A DNA stretch of 64,000 nt from Candidatus Aminicenantes bacterium. Lineage in GTDB: Bacteria; Acidobacteriota; Aminicenantia; Aminicenantales; CAVYOD01. Below the pieces are notes generated by a model, which was given only the letters and a program-made list of their open reading frames with translations, did no database searches and was not told the DNA's origin. The stretch lies in the NCBI GenBank assembly GCA_963701305.1, contig OY969586.1:2825509-2889508 (forward strand), written 5' to 3'. Positions 46,711 to 55,327 of this stretch are shown here, one piece after another. How positions within the stretch are numbered: position 1 is the stretch's first letter; each line of letters opens with the position of its first letter. The translations under genes and the position numbers were made by a program.

Positions 46711-49458
46711 ATGAACATTAGAAGGCAATCCGTCAGACTCTTTATCCTTCCGGCTATCATTCTGGCCTTTGGGTCGGGGGTGTCGTATGCCCAGAGGCTA
46801 ACGGGGAATATCAAGGGGACGGTCTCGGATGAGGGCGGGGCGCCCCTGCCGGCCGTTTCCGTTGGGATCTCGAGCAGCGAGCTCATGGGAGGCACTCAGA
46901 CGCAGCTCTCGGATGAGAGGGGATTGTACCGTTTTGTCAACCTTCCGCCCGGGCTTTACAAGGTCGTTTTCAGCCTCCAGGGGTTTCAGACGGTCGAACG
47001 GATGAATATCAGGGTGAGCGTCAAGGGCACCGTCACCGTGGATATTACCATGAAGCAAGCCACTCTTGAAAAATCTGTAACGGTGACCGCCGAATCTCCA
47101 GTTGTTGATGTGACGAGTTCGGGGATGTCCACAAACTTCGATAAGGACCTTTTGGAAAAGATCCCTTCCGGACGATATTCTTTTATCGATGTCATCAAAC
47201 AGACTCCGGGCATTGTCACCCTATCAGGTTATAGCGGAAGTCCTCTCATGAGTGCCTTCGGCTCGAATAATGAATCCAATGCCTTCCAGATCGACGGCCT
47301 GGATATCACGAATCCGCGCCAAGGCGACACCTATCTTTTCCCCAACCAGGATCTCTTTACAGAGGTCGAAGTGTCCGGCATAGGGGCGCCGGCCGAGTAC
47401 GGAAGCTTCTCGGGAGCGGTCGTCAATATTGTCACCAAATCCGGCGGGAACATCCTCTCTGGAAGCCTAGGCTATTACGGCCAATTTCAATCATTGACAG
47501 GCGATAACAACCCTCCGCCTCGGGAATTTTATTCTTACCATCGCCACGAATTCCTGGACGGAGCCTTCACCCTGGGAGGGCCTGTTCTCAGGGATAAACT
47601 ATGGTTCTTCGGCTCGGCTAACGTCACCCGCGATGACGCGACGGCCTGGAAAGAAAATCCCCAATATCATTCCGCGACCAAGGAGGATAACTATTTCCTC
47701 AAACTCTCTTTTCAAATCTCAACCAAACACAAGTTGGTAGGAGTCATAGCCTACAGAAACTGGGCTTATCCCGAAGTGCCCAATCCCACTTTGACAAAGG
47801 AAGCGACAAGGACATGGCGAACGAAAATTCCCAACTGGAACGTCATGTATACCTGGCTCATCAGCGGCAGCACGTTTCTGGAGCTAAAAACGGCAGGTTA
47901 CCGGAGCAAAGATGACGGGCTCAATCAATATGGTTCCACGCTCGATGATCCCGTCCATATCGATCTCAACACGGGGATTCAATCCGGCGCGCCCCTATGG
48001 CCTTACTACGCTTACTATTCCCGGTTTCAAGCCCATGCCAGCGTATCTCATTTCGCCGAGGATTTTTTGGGGGGCGATCATGAATTCAAGATGGGCGTTC
48101 AGTTCAACAGGGGAGAGCAGGGGTCGATCTGCGGTTACAGCGGCGGGAAGCTCTACTATGATTATGGCGGCTATAACTATTATCTCTACACCCAGCAACC
48201 TTTTTATTATGGCGGCAAAGTCGACAATATCGGCGTCTTTTTTGATGATTCATGGAAGATCGGAAAACGCCTGACGCTCAACATCGGCCTCAGGTATGAC
48301 AATTATAAAGGAAGCATCCCATCTTTCGACCTCTGGTCCGGCTGGCACAAGGTCGCTGGACAGAAGACCCCCCAAATCAAAGACCTGATAACCTGGAACG
48401 CCATCTCTCCTCGAATCGGGTTCGCCTGGCAGCTGACTTCTGACAAAAAAACCCTTTTCAAGGCCCATTATGGGCGGTATTTTGACCCTCTCTATGTGGG
48501 GACCTTTGAATGGCCTGGTCCTAATAATACAGACTGGGCAGCTTATTACTGGGATGGGTCTCAATGGGTGCAGTACAATTCTATCACCGGGTCGTTCGGC
48601 TGGTCTCTGGCCCCGGGACTTAAAGCCCCGGTTTCAGACCAGGTCTCTGCCGGCCTGGAGAGGGAGATTTCTCCAAATTTTTCAATCGAGATCATGGGGG
48701 TTTATAAAAGACAAGTTCACCAGGTCGCCCTTGAGAATGTGGGAGGAAGGTACAATCTGGTGCCCATGGTTTCTCCGGATAACGGCCAGTCCTACATGGT
48801 TTATGATCAGCTTAACGTGGGTGAAAATAGATATGTGCTGGCCAATCCGAAGGGATTCGAACAGACGTACAAAGGCCTCGTCATTAGCCTCAATAAGAGA
48901 TTTTCGGACAAATGGCTTTTCAATTCTTCGGTGACCTGGTCCAGGTCCGAGGGTCTCACAACAATCTCTCCCAGCACGGGAACCAGGCAGTTGGGGATCA
49001 TCGCTGAGACTTCTTACAACACGGGCAAAGATCCCAATGATTGGACAAATGCCAAAGGGTTGATGCAATTTGACCGCACCTGGGTCTTTAAACTCCAAGC
49101 GGGCTATAGCCTCCCCTGGGACATCATGGCCAGCGCGAATTTCCAGTGGCTGTCGGGAAGACCCTACACGTCAAGAGTCCAGGTTTATCCGGCCCAGGGA
49201 AGGCGGGTCATTTTGGCCGCGCCCAGGGATGGAACCCACAGATTCGACGCTTTGAGCATGCTGGATTTCAGGCTGCAGAAATCCTTCTCTCTCTACGGCA
49301 ACTTCAGGCTGAGCGCGCTGATCGATATCTTCAATGTCTTCAATGCCAAGACGAACTTGAATTTTGAGAATTTTGATGAGTGGTCGACGATCTATCTCCA
49401 GCCGTCCCAGATCCCATACCCGCGGCGGGCCCAGGTCGGGTTGAAACTGGAATTCTAG
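46711..49458 (+). CDS. TonB-dependent receptor-like outer-membrane protein with an N-terminal carboxypeptidase-regulatory-like domain (Oar-like)
   Basis: A signal peptide is followed by GNIKGTVSDEGGAPLPAVSVGISS...YRFVNLPPGLYKV (CarbopepD_reg), a plug-like region and a long barrel. The C-terminus is ...AQVGLKLEF. Confidence 0.8.
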   Translation: MNIRRQSVRLFILPAIILAFGSGVSYAQRLTGNIKGTVSDEGGAPLPAVSVGISSSELMGGTQTQLSDERGLYRFVNLPPGLYKVVFSLQGFQTVERMNIRVSVKGTVTVDITMKQATLEKSVTVTAESPVVDVTSSGMSTNFDKDLLEKIPSGRYSFIDVIKQTPGIVTLSGYSGSPLMSAFGSNNESNAFQIDGLDITNPRQGDTYLFPNQDLFTEVEVSGIGAPAEYGSFSGAVVNIVTKSGGNILSGSLGYYGQFQSLTGDNNPPPREFYSYHRHEFLDGAFTLGGPVLRDKLWFFGSANVTRDDATAWKENPQYHSATKEDNYFLKLSFQISTKHKLVGVIAYRNWAYPEVPNPTLTKEATRTWRTKIPNWNVMYTWLISGSTFLELKTAGYRSKDDGLNQYGSTLDDPVHIDLNTGIQSGAPLWPYYAYYSRFQAHASVSHFAEDFLGGDHEFKMGVQFNRGEQGSICGYSGGKLYYDYGGYNYYLYTQQPFYYGGKVDNIGVFFDDSWKIGKRLTLNIGLRYDNYKGSIPSFDLWSGWHKVAGQKTPQIKDLITWNAISPRIGFAWQLTSDKKTLFKAHYGRYFDPLYVGTFEWPGPNNTDWAAYYWDGSQWVQYNSITGSFGWSLAPGLKAPVSDQVSAGLEREISPNFSIEIMGVYKRQVHQVALENVGGRYNLVPMVSPDNGQSYMVYDQLNVGENRYVLANPKGFEQTYKGLVISLNKRFSDKWLFNSSVTWSRSEGLTTISPSTGTRQLGIIAETSYNTGKDPNDWTNAKGLMQFDRTWVFKLQAGYSLPWDIMASANFQWLSGRPYTSRVQVYPAQGRRVILAAPRDGTHRFDALSMLDFRLQKSFSLYGNFRLSALIDIFNVFNAKTNLNFENFDEWSTIYLQPSQIPYPRRAQVGLKLEF

Positions 49459-51542
49459 TTGAACATCCGCGGAATGGTCTCTTTCCATTCCCGTTGGCGC
49501 AAAAGCTTATCGTTTTCGAAGATCTGGCGCGTGATGGTCACGAAGAAATTCTTTTCGTCGGCTGTGATCACCCCCTTGGTCAGCAGGTAAATATTCCTTC
49601 CAGGGAGTAATATTCGGTCGCTGTCTTCGCCCAGAAAGCGGGCTTGGACCGGATTCTTCTCGTTGACCTCATAATAATTCTTTTCCGTTGCCTCGTAGCG
49701 GACGCCTCTGATCTCGTGGCTGCTCTTGCCTTGCCAATTGACGCTGACGACGCCGCGCTCGAAATCGCGTTTCCATTCATAAATCCCGTGAGGCCAGGTA
49801 TCTCCTCCCAAGCTGCGGGCGTCCTTGGCCTCTTCGTGGGGCTCCGGCGCCTTGAAGTTCGGCGCTTGGCGCTCTTTCATGGGGATCACCGGGAGTTCGA
49901 TACGCGTGTTTTCCACTCCGGCATAGAGTTTTGTCGTCATGGGGAAGGGGGTCGGCCAGATCATGGGGAACAGCGAATTGGTGACGGAAAGGCGGATGCG
50001 GTGGCCTGGCTTGAACGCCCAAGTCGTGAAGTGCATCTCAAAGGCAAGGTCGTAACTCTTTCCCGGAACAAGAGGCTCTGGTGCGAGGCGGGAATTCCGC
50101 TGCGCCCCGGGAAGAAGCGCGCCGGCCACGAGCGACGCCGCGCCGTCCGGGAAGACGTCTTCGAGCCTCGCGACCCAGTGGGCGGTCGAGGCGTCCGACG
50201 AAACCTTTAAGTGGACCTGGGGGAATCCGACGATTTCGAACCCTTTCCCGAGCGGCAGACTGTCGAAGACGAGACTCCCGGCATCGTCGACACGCATGTC
50301 GTCAGTGGGCTCACCCCACCACATGCCTGTGTTTATGCCGTAGCTCGGAATGTAGCGCAGAGATTCGTCGACAGGCTTCCCTGCGCTGTCCAAGAGCTGA
50401 TGATTCTCGGCCGGGAAAAGCTTCTTCCAGGTTGTCCCCGGGATGGGCCAATCGTCCGAGACCCAGCGCCCGGGCGTCTTCATCAGTTGAAAATCCGGCT
50501 CGTGTCCTTCGCGCAGGAAAAAAGTGAACCTCGGATCGTCGCGGACGCCTGTGTTTTTGCCCTTGAGCCACTGGTCCCACCAGCGGACGGCTTCATGCCG
50601 CCACTCATAGTTGGGACCGGGCAGCCCGTCGTCTGGCCAGGCATGATTCCAGGGGCCGATCTCGGCCTTGATCGGGACCTTCATGTTTTCGAGCATGCGG
50701 GGGATGCTGTCCCGGTAGCCGTCGAGAAGGCCGCCGATAAGATAACAGGGGATCTGGATCTTATCGAACTGCCAGCGGAGCGAATTCTTGCGCCAGAAGT
50801 CCCCATCCTTCTGCTGCTTGAAATAAGTCAGGAGGCCCGGATAGGATTCGAAGCGGTTCTTGAAATAATCCTCATCCAGAGGATAATCGGGCGATTTTGG
50901 AATGGCCTTGGCGTGGTCGAACCAGAAAGCCCACTCGTCGACGTGGATGGCGCCGTCGATGTAGTGGATGTCATCGTGGTAGAGATCATCCGTCGCGCAA
51001 CCGGAAAGGATAGCCTTGAGGGCGGGCGGCCGTCGCATGGCCAGTTGGATGGCATTGAATCCGCCCCAGGAAATTCCCCACATCCCGACGTTGCCGTTGG
51101 ACTCGGGAAGCTTCGAAATCTGGTCGATGAGTTCGAGGCCGTCGGCCATCTCTTGATCGGAGTATTCGCGGAGCGGAAAGAGACCTTCTGATGAACCGGT
51201 TCCGCGAAGATCTGCCCTGACCATGATGAAGCCTCTGCGGGCGAAATAGGAGTATTGCGGATAGGTCCCGAGGTAGCCGGAGTCGTCTTTGCGGTAAGGC
51301 AGGAATTCGAAGATGACAGGGAATTTTTCGCCGGGGGAGCGAGGAGCGGGTTTGTAAAACGTGGCCGATATCCTCGTTCCATCTTTCAGCTTGAGCCAGC
51401 CCGTTTCAACCTTGAATTCGTAGACGGGTTGGGAGACCTCCTCTCTGGACGCGGGGGCATTTTTCTGGCCGGCGTCGGCCGCGCCATGAAACAAGAAAAT
51501 CAGGAAGACAAAGAGAGAATAAGCCAAGAGTTTGCGGTTCAT
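49455..51542 (-). CDS. CocE/NonD-family (S15, Xaa-Pro dipeptidyl-peptidase-like) hydrolase
   Basis: A signal peptide, then VMVRADLRGTGSSEG and the nucleophile motif GMWGISWGGF, then a C-terminal beta-sandwich domain. It is convergent with the TonB receptor, with a 4-nt overlap. Confidence 0.85.
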   Translation of the reverse strand: MNRKLLAYSLFVFLIFLFHGAADAGQKNAPASREEVSQPVYEFKVETGWLKLKDGTRISATFYKPAPRSPGEKFPVIFEFLPYRKDDSGYLGTYPQYSYFARRGFIMVRADLRGTGSSEGLFPLREYSDQEMADGLELIDQISKLPESNGNVGMWGISWGGFNAIQLAMRRPPALKAILSGCATDDLYHDDIHYIDGAIHVDEWAFWFDHAKAIPKSPDYPLDEDYFKNRFESYPGLLTYFKQQKDGDFWRKNSLRWQFDKIQIPCYLIGGLLDGYRDSIPRMLENMKVPIKAEIGPWNHAWPDDGLPGPNYEWRHEAVRWWDQWLKGKNTGVRDDPRFTFFLREGHEPDFQLMKTPGRWVSDDWPIPGTTWKKLFPAENHQLLDSAGKPVDESLRYIPSYGINTGMWWGEPTDDMRVDDAGSLVFDSLPLGKGFEIVGFPQVHLKVSSDASTAHWVARLEDVFPDGAASLVAGALLPGAQRNSRLAPEPLVPGKSYDLAFEMHFTTWAFKPGHRIRLSVTNSLFPMIWPTPFPMTTKLYAGVENTRIELPVIPMKERQAPNFKAPEPHEEAKDARSLGGDTWPHGIYEWKRDFERGVVSVNWQGKSSHEIRGVRYEATEKNYYEVNEKNPVQARFLGEDSDRILLPGRNIYLLTKGVITADEKNFFVTITRQIFENDKLLRQREWKETIPRMFN

Positions 51543-51621
51543 TGTCCCTCCATCCGATTGAGGAAATTCTTAACACATGGGGCGACAAGAGTCAATGGCG
51601 CGCTGCGCCCGGGATTAAAAA

Positions 51622-53061
51622 TCAGGATGTCTGTTCATACGCGGCCAGTACGTCGGCCATCTCCCGTCTGATGTCATCCGAAAGAGCCGGGGGCCGGTGG
51701 GTTTCCAATATCTGCTTTGTTTTCAATCGGGCCGCATCGACACGTGAGAGGGCGCCTTTCTTAGACCATTGATCATAACTGTCCCGATTGCTGAGGGTGG
51801 GAACGGACAAGGCAGAGCGCATATGCTCAACCGTATGCATCGTATCTATATAGACTCCGCCCGGGCCCAATTCTTTGATAATATCCAGAGCAAATGCGTC
51901 ATCGCTCAGGTCGACTTCCGATAGGAGCCGTCGCACGGTCGCTCCGATCTCTGCGTCAAGCACGAGCCCCTCATAGGTGAGCAGGTTTGATCCGTCCAAA
52001 AGGCCCAGCCCGAAGAGAAGGTCGGCGCCGGCGAGGGAATTGAGGAGAAAAGAGAAAGCGTGTTCCCAGGCCGATTGGGGTCCCAGATCTTTGGACATGG
52101 TGGCGCCGGAGCCGACGATCGAAGGCAGATTATAAAAGTTGGCCATCTCTGCGACCATGAGCCTCAGCCAGAGGGCCTCCGGCGAGCTTGAGGTATAGTT
52201 TCCCGTCGGAAGATCCATCGTCGCCGGACCGCCGGCATAAAAGATCTTGCACCCGGGCACCGCGATCTGGAGGAGCGCCAGGCCGCAGATCACTTCGGCG
52301 TTCAGCACCGCCATGGTCCCGGCCAACGTAACCGGAGAAGTCACCCCGGCTGTGGCCATACTGTACAAACCTGCGGGGATTCCCGCCCTGGCGAATTCTA
52401 GGGCGGCTCCAATGCCTCCCCGGTCCTGGGTCAACGGGGATATCGTGCAGATAACGTTGGTGAAAAGCGGCCGATGGCGCAGAGCATCTTTCCCCCCGGC
52501 AACGGCAGCCGCCAGGTCGATTTGCGAGCGCGCCTGGCGGGCATCGGAAACCGAAACGGTGATGACGTGTTTGCCGGAGTTGACAAAGCAGGCCTCCAAT
52601 TCATGTGCCGGGATGGCCCGCAGCGGCGCATCCTGGGCGCTCACCATCGGCGAGACGACATCTATCGTTTCGAGATAGTCGCCGATCAGCGCCATTTTTT
52701 CGACATCCTCTTTGCGCGACGAGCGCCTGGCTCCGGTCTGCGGATCGAGGGTGAGAGCGGAACATCCATCCTGGCAGAAATAAGTGTGCTCTCCGTCAAC
52801 GGTCAGATCGTGCTTTCCGTCGCGGGAATATAAGGCCAGACTGGGGGGGGCCTTTTTCAGCGCCTGCACGATCACATCACCATTGACGCGGACCAGGTGG
52901 CCGTCGATCTTCGCCCCGCATCCGTGCCAAATTTCGAGGGCCTCATTGGAATGGAACCTGATGCCGCAGCTCTCGATGATGTCGAGAGAGGACTGGTGGA
53001 TTTTTTTTAGGATCGCTTCGTCATGGCGAAAGAAACCCATGGACTGCAAGGCGCGTTTCAT
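51622..53061 (-). CDS. Second MttB-superfamily methyltransferase paralog
   Basis: 479 aa. ILKKIHQSSLDIIESCGIRFHSNEALEIWHGCGAKI is the MttB-type N-terminus. It is collinear with the first copy. Confidence 0.75.
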   Translation of the reverse strand: MKRALQSMGFFRHDEAILKKIHQSSLDIIESCGIRFHSNEALEIWHGCGAKIDGHLVRVNGDVIVQALKKAPPSLALYSRDGKHDLTVDGEHTYFCQDGCSALTLDPQTGARRSSRKEDVEKMALIGDYLETIDVVSPMVSAQDAPLRAIPAHELEACFVNSGKHVITVSVSDARQARSQIDLAAAVAGGKDALRHRPLFTNVICTISPLTQDRGGIGAALEFARAGIPAGLYSMATAGVTSPVTLAGTMAVLNAEVICGLALLQIAVPGCKIFYAGGPATMDLPTGNYTSSSPEALWLRLMVAEMANFYNLPSIVGSGATMSKDLGPQSAWEHAFSFLLNSLAGADLLFGLGLLDGSNLLTYEGLVLDAEIGATVRRLLSEVDLSDDAFALDIIKELGPGGVYIDTMHTVEHMRSALSVPTLSNRDSYDQWSKKGALSRVDAARLKTKQILETHRPPALSDDIRREMADVLAAYEQTS

Positions 53062-53215
53062 TGTTAGATTTTAAACCAGCCCCGCGACAAATGTCCATCG
53101 TTCATTGTCCAGGGACCTAGACCCCTTGAGACGCGCATCTCAAGGTCCTCCATCTAAGCGAAGAGTTAAGCAGAACCGTAATGCCGCGAGTATTGCTTTG
53201 TTATTGAGATATGAT

Positions 53216-54247
53216 ATGGTAGAAGAGATGAAAACGCTGGTCACCGGAAGCACGGGGTTTATCGGCAGCCATCTCGTCGAAGGGCTTCTTCGCCAGGGTC
53301 ATCAAGTCTCCTGCTTGGTCAGAAAGACCAGCCGCCTCGGTCTCATTGAGAGGCTTGACGTGTCCATCGTCTCGGCCGATCACCGGGATCCGGATTCCTT
53401 GGCGAACGTTGTCAAAGGCATGGATTATGTCTTCCATTGCGCGGCCGCCATCAGGGCCCTCGATTGGGAGACTTACTACCAGGCGAATGTCCTCTACACG
53501 AAAAACCTCATCGAGGCTTGCGCGGCCGAGGCTCGGGACCTCAAGAAGTTCGTCTTTGTCTCAAGTATCAGCGCGACCGGTCCCAGCCCAAAACGGAAGG
53601 CCCTGGATGAAGGCTCTGCCTGTCGTCCCGTTTCGGATTACGGTCGGAGCAAGCTCTTGGCCGAAGAGGCACTCGCGCCGTTTCAGAATTTGATCCCGAT
53701 CGTCATCCTCCGTTTTCCAAATGTGATTGGCCCGCGGCAGAATGAACTCCACCAAGCCGTGAAACTGATGGCCAAAAGAATCCTGCCCGTTATCGGGAAC
53801 GGGGATGTGCAGACAAGCCTGTGTTCCGTGGATGACGCCGTCAGGGCCCTGATCATGGCTGCAGACAAAAAAGAGGCTTCGGGCCAAGTTTATTTTGTCA
53901 CGGATTCCCGGGCCTATCGCTGGAGCGAAATTTCCGATGCCGTCGCCGAATGTCTGGGTGTGCGATTTTTTCTGTTGAAAGTTCCCTTCTGGTTCCAGTA
54001 CATCTTGGCCGGAATTTCTGAGGTCGCCGCGCGAGTTTCTGGCGGAGTCCCTCTCCTCACCCGGGGAGGCGTCAGTGCCGCGCGCAGGCACTACTGGCTC
54101 TATGACGGCTCGAAATTCCGGGAAGAGATCGGTTTCGAAGCGGAGGACGGCCTCAAAGACGCCGTGGGGAAAGCCGTCCGATGGTACAGGACTCGAAAAG
54201 AGCCGACCGACGATGTCACTCATGGTCGGAAAAGAAATCCAGGATAG
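53216..54247 (+). CDS. NAD-dependent epimerase/dehydratase (extended SDR)
   Basis: This is ORF 53105..54247. The start is probably the internal Met at 53216 or 53228 (MKTLVTGSTGFIGSHL). There is a YxxxK-like motif. Confidence 0.8.
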   Translation: MVEEMKTLVTGSTGFIGSHLVEGLLRQGHQVSCLVRKTSRLGLIERLDVSIVSADHRDPDSLANVVKGMDYVFHCAAAIRALDWETYYQANVLYTKNLIEACAAEARDLKKFVFVSSISATGPSPKRKALDEGSACRPVSDYGRSKLLAEEALAPFQNLIPIVILRFPNVIGPRQNELHQAVKLMAKRILPVIGNGDVQTSLCSVDDAVRALIMAADKKEASGQVYFVTDSRAYRWSEISDAVAECLGVRFFLLKVPFWFQYILAGISEVAARVSGGVPLLTRGGVSAARRHYWLYDGSKFREEIGFEAEDGLKDAVGKAVRWYRTRKEPTDDVTHGRKRNPG

Positions 54248-54283
54248 AGCTCAGAGGCAAAGCGGCATTCATCCTTCAAGAAC

Positions 54284-55279
54284 ATGAGGATCTTGGTAAC
54301 AGGGGCAACCGGATTTGTCGGATCAGTCCTCATTCCAGCGCTCCTGAAAAAGCGCGGCGGGGAACGTCTTTCCGCTTTCGTCCTCCCCGGGGAAGCGATT
54401 CCCGGGAATTGGGCAAAAGAAGATGTCGATATCTATCATGGCGATATCACGGACGAAGCGGCCGTTCTTCAAGCGGTCCAAGGTCACTCGCATGTCATTC
54501 ATCTCGCCGGCCTGATTTCGTACAGGCAAAAGGACCGCTCTCGCTTAGTCAGGGTTAACAGGGATGGAGTCCGGAACGTTGTCGAGGCCTGCCTTCAAAC
54601 CGGCGTGGAAAGGCTGATCCACATCTCTTCCGTAGGCGCCGTCGGCGTTTATAAAAATGGAAGACCGGCAGACGAATCGACACCATTCAACTGGCCAGCG
54701 AGTTTCTACTACATGACGTCGAAGTATGAGGGTCAACGAATCGTGGAGGAAGCCGTTAAGCTCAAGGGGCTCAAGGCCGTCATTCTATGCCCCGCTTCGA
54801 TTATGGGCCCCGGGGATGGGAATATTCTCACGCCCCACAATCAACTTTATCTTCGGATCTATCGTGGCCCTTTTTTTGGATCGTTCTCGGGAAGCCTGGC
54901 CGTCGTCGATGTGAGAGACCTCGTGGAGATCATCGTTCAGTCCATCGAAAGAGGAAGAGTCGGGGAAAAATATTTGATTTCCGGAGCCAACACCAGCTAC
55001 CGAGACGTCATTCGGCTTATCGGCAGGTACGCGCGCACAAAGACACATGCTCTGCGGGTCCCCGCCGCACTGGTCATGGCGGCCGGCTTTGTCCTGGAAA
55101 TTGTCAGCGATCTCACGGGGAGCACGCCTCTTCTGACCTTTTCCTATGGGCGCCTGAGCGGCTGGAAAGCCCATTGTTCAAATGCAAAAAGCCGCGCAGA
55201 ATTCGATCATGATTATTTGCCTATTGAGCAAACAATCAAAGATTCGTGTGCCTATTTTGAAAAGACCTTTCTGAAATGA
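54284..55279 (+). CDS. NAD-dependent epimerase/dehydratase (extended SDR), second paralog
   Basis: MRILVTGATGFVGSVL and YMTSKYEGQR (YxxxK) are present. Confidence 0.8.
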   Translation: MRILVTGATGFVGSVLIPALLKKRGGERLSAFVLPGEAIPGNWAKEDVDIYHGDITDEAAVLQAVQGHSHVIHLAGLISYRQKDRSRLVRVNRDGVRNVVEACLQTGVERLIHISSVGAVGVYKNGRPADESTPFNWPASFYYMTSKYEGQRIVEEAVKLKGLKAVILCPASIMGPGDGNILTPHNQLYLRIYRGPFFGSFSGSLAVVDVRDLVEIIVQSIERGRVGEKYLISGANTSYRDVIRLIGRYARTKTHALRVPAALVMAAGFVLEIVSDLTGSTPLLTFSYGRLSGWKAHCSNAKSRAEFDHDYLPIEQTIKDSCAYFEKTFLK

Positions 55280-55327
55280 AAACTGCACAATCCACCATCG
55301 GCCCCCGGCTCCGTTGCACCGGTTCGT

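Noticed and set aside
50211-51191. 326-aa plus-strand ORF inside the CocE/NonD gene
   Set aside because: It is antisense to a frame with clear S15 peptidase motifs (GxSxGG).
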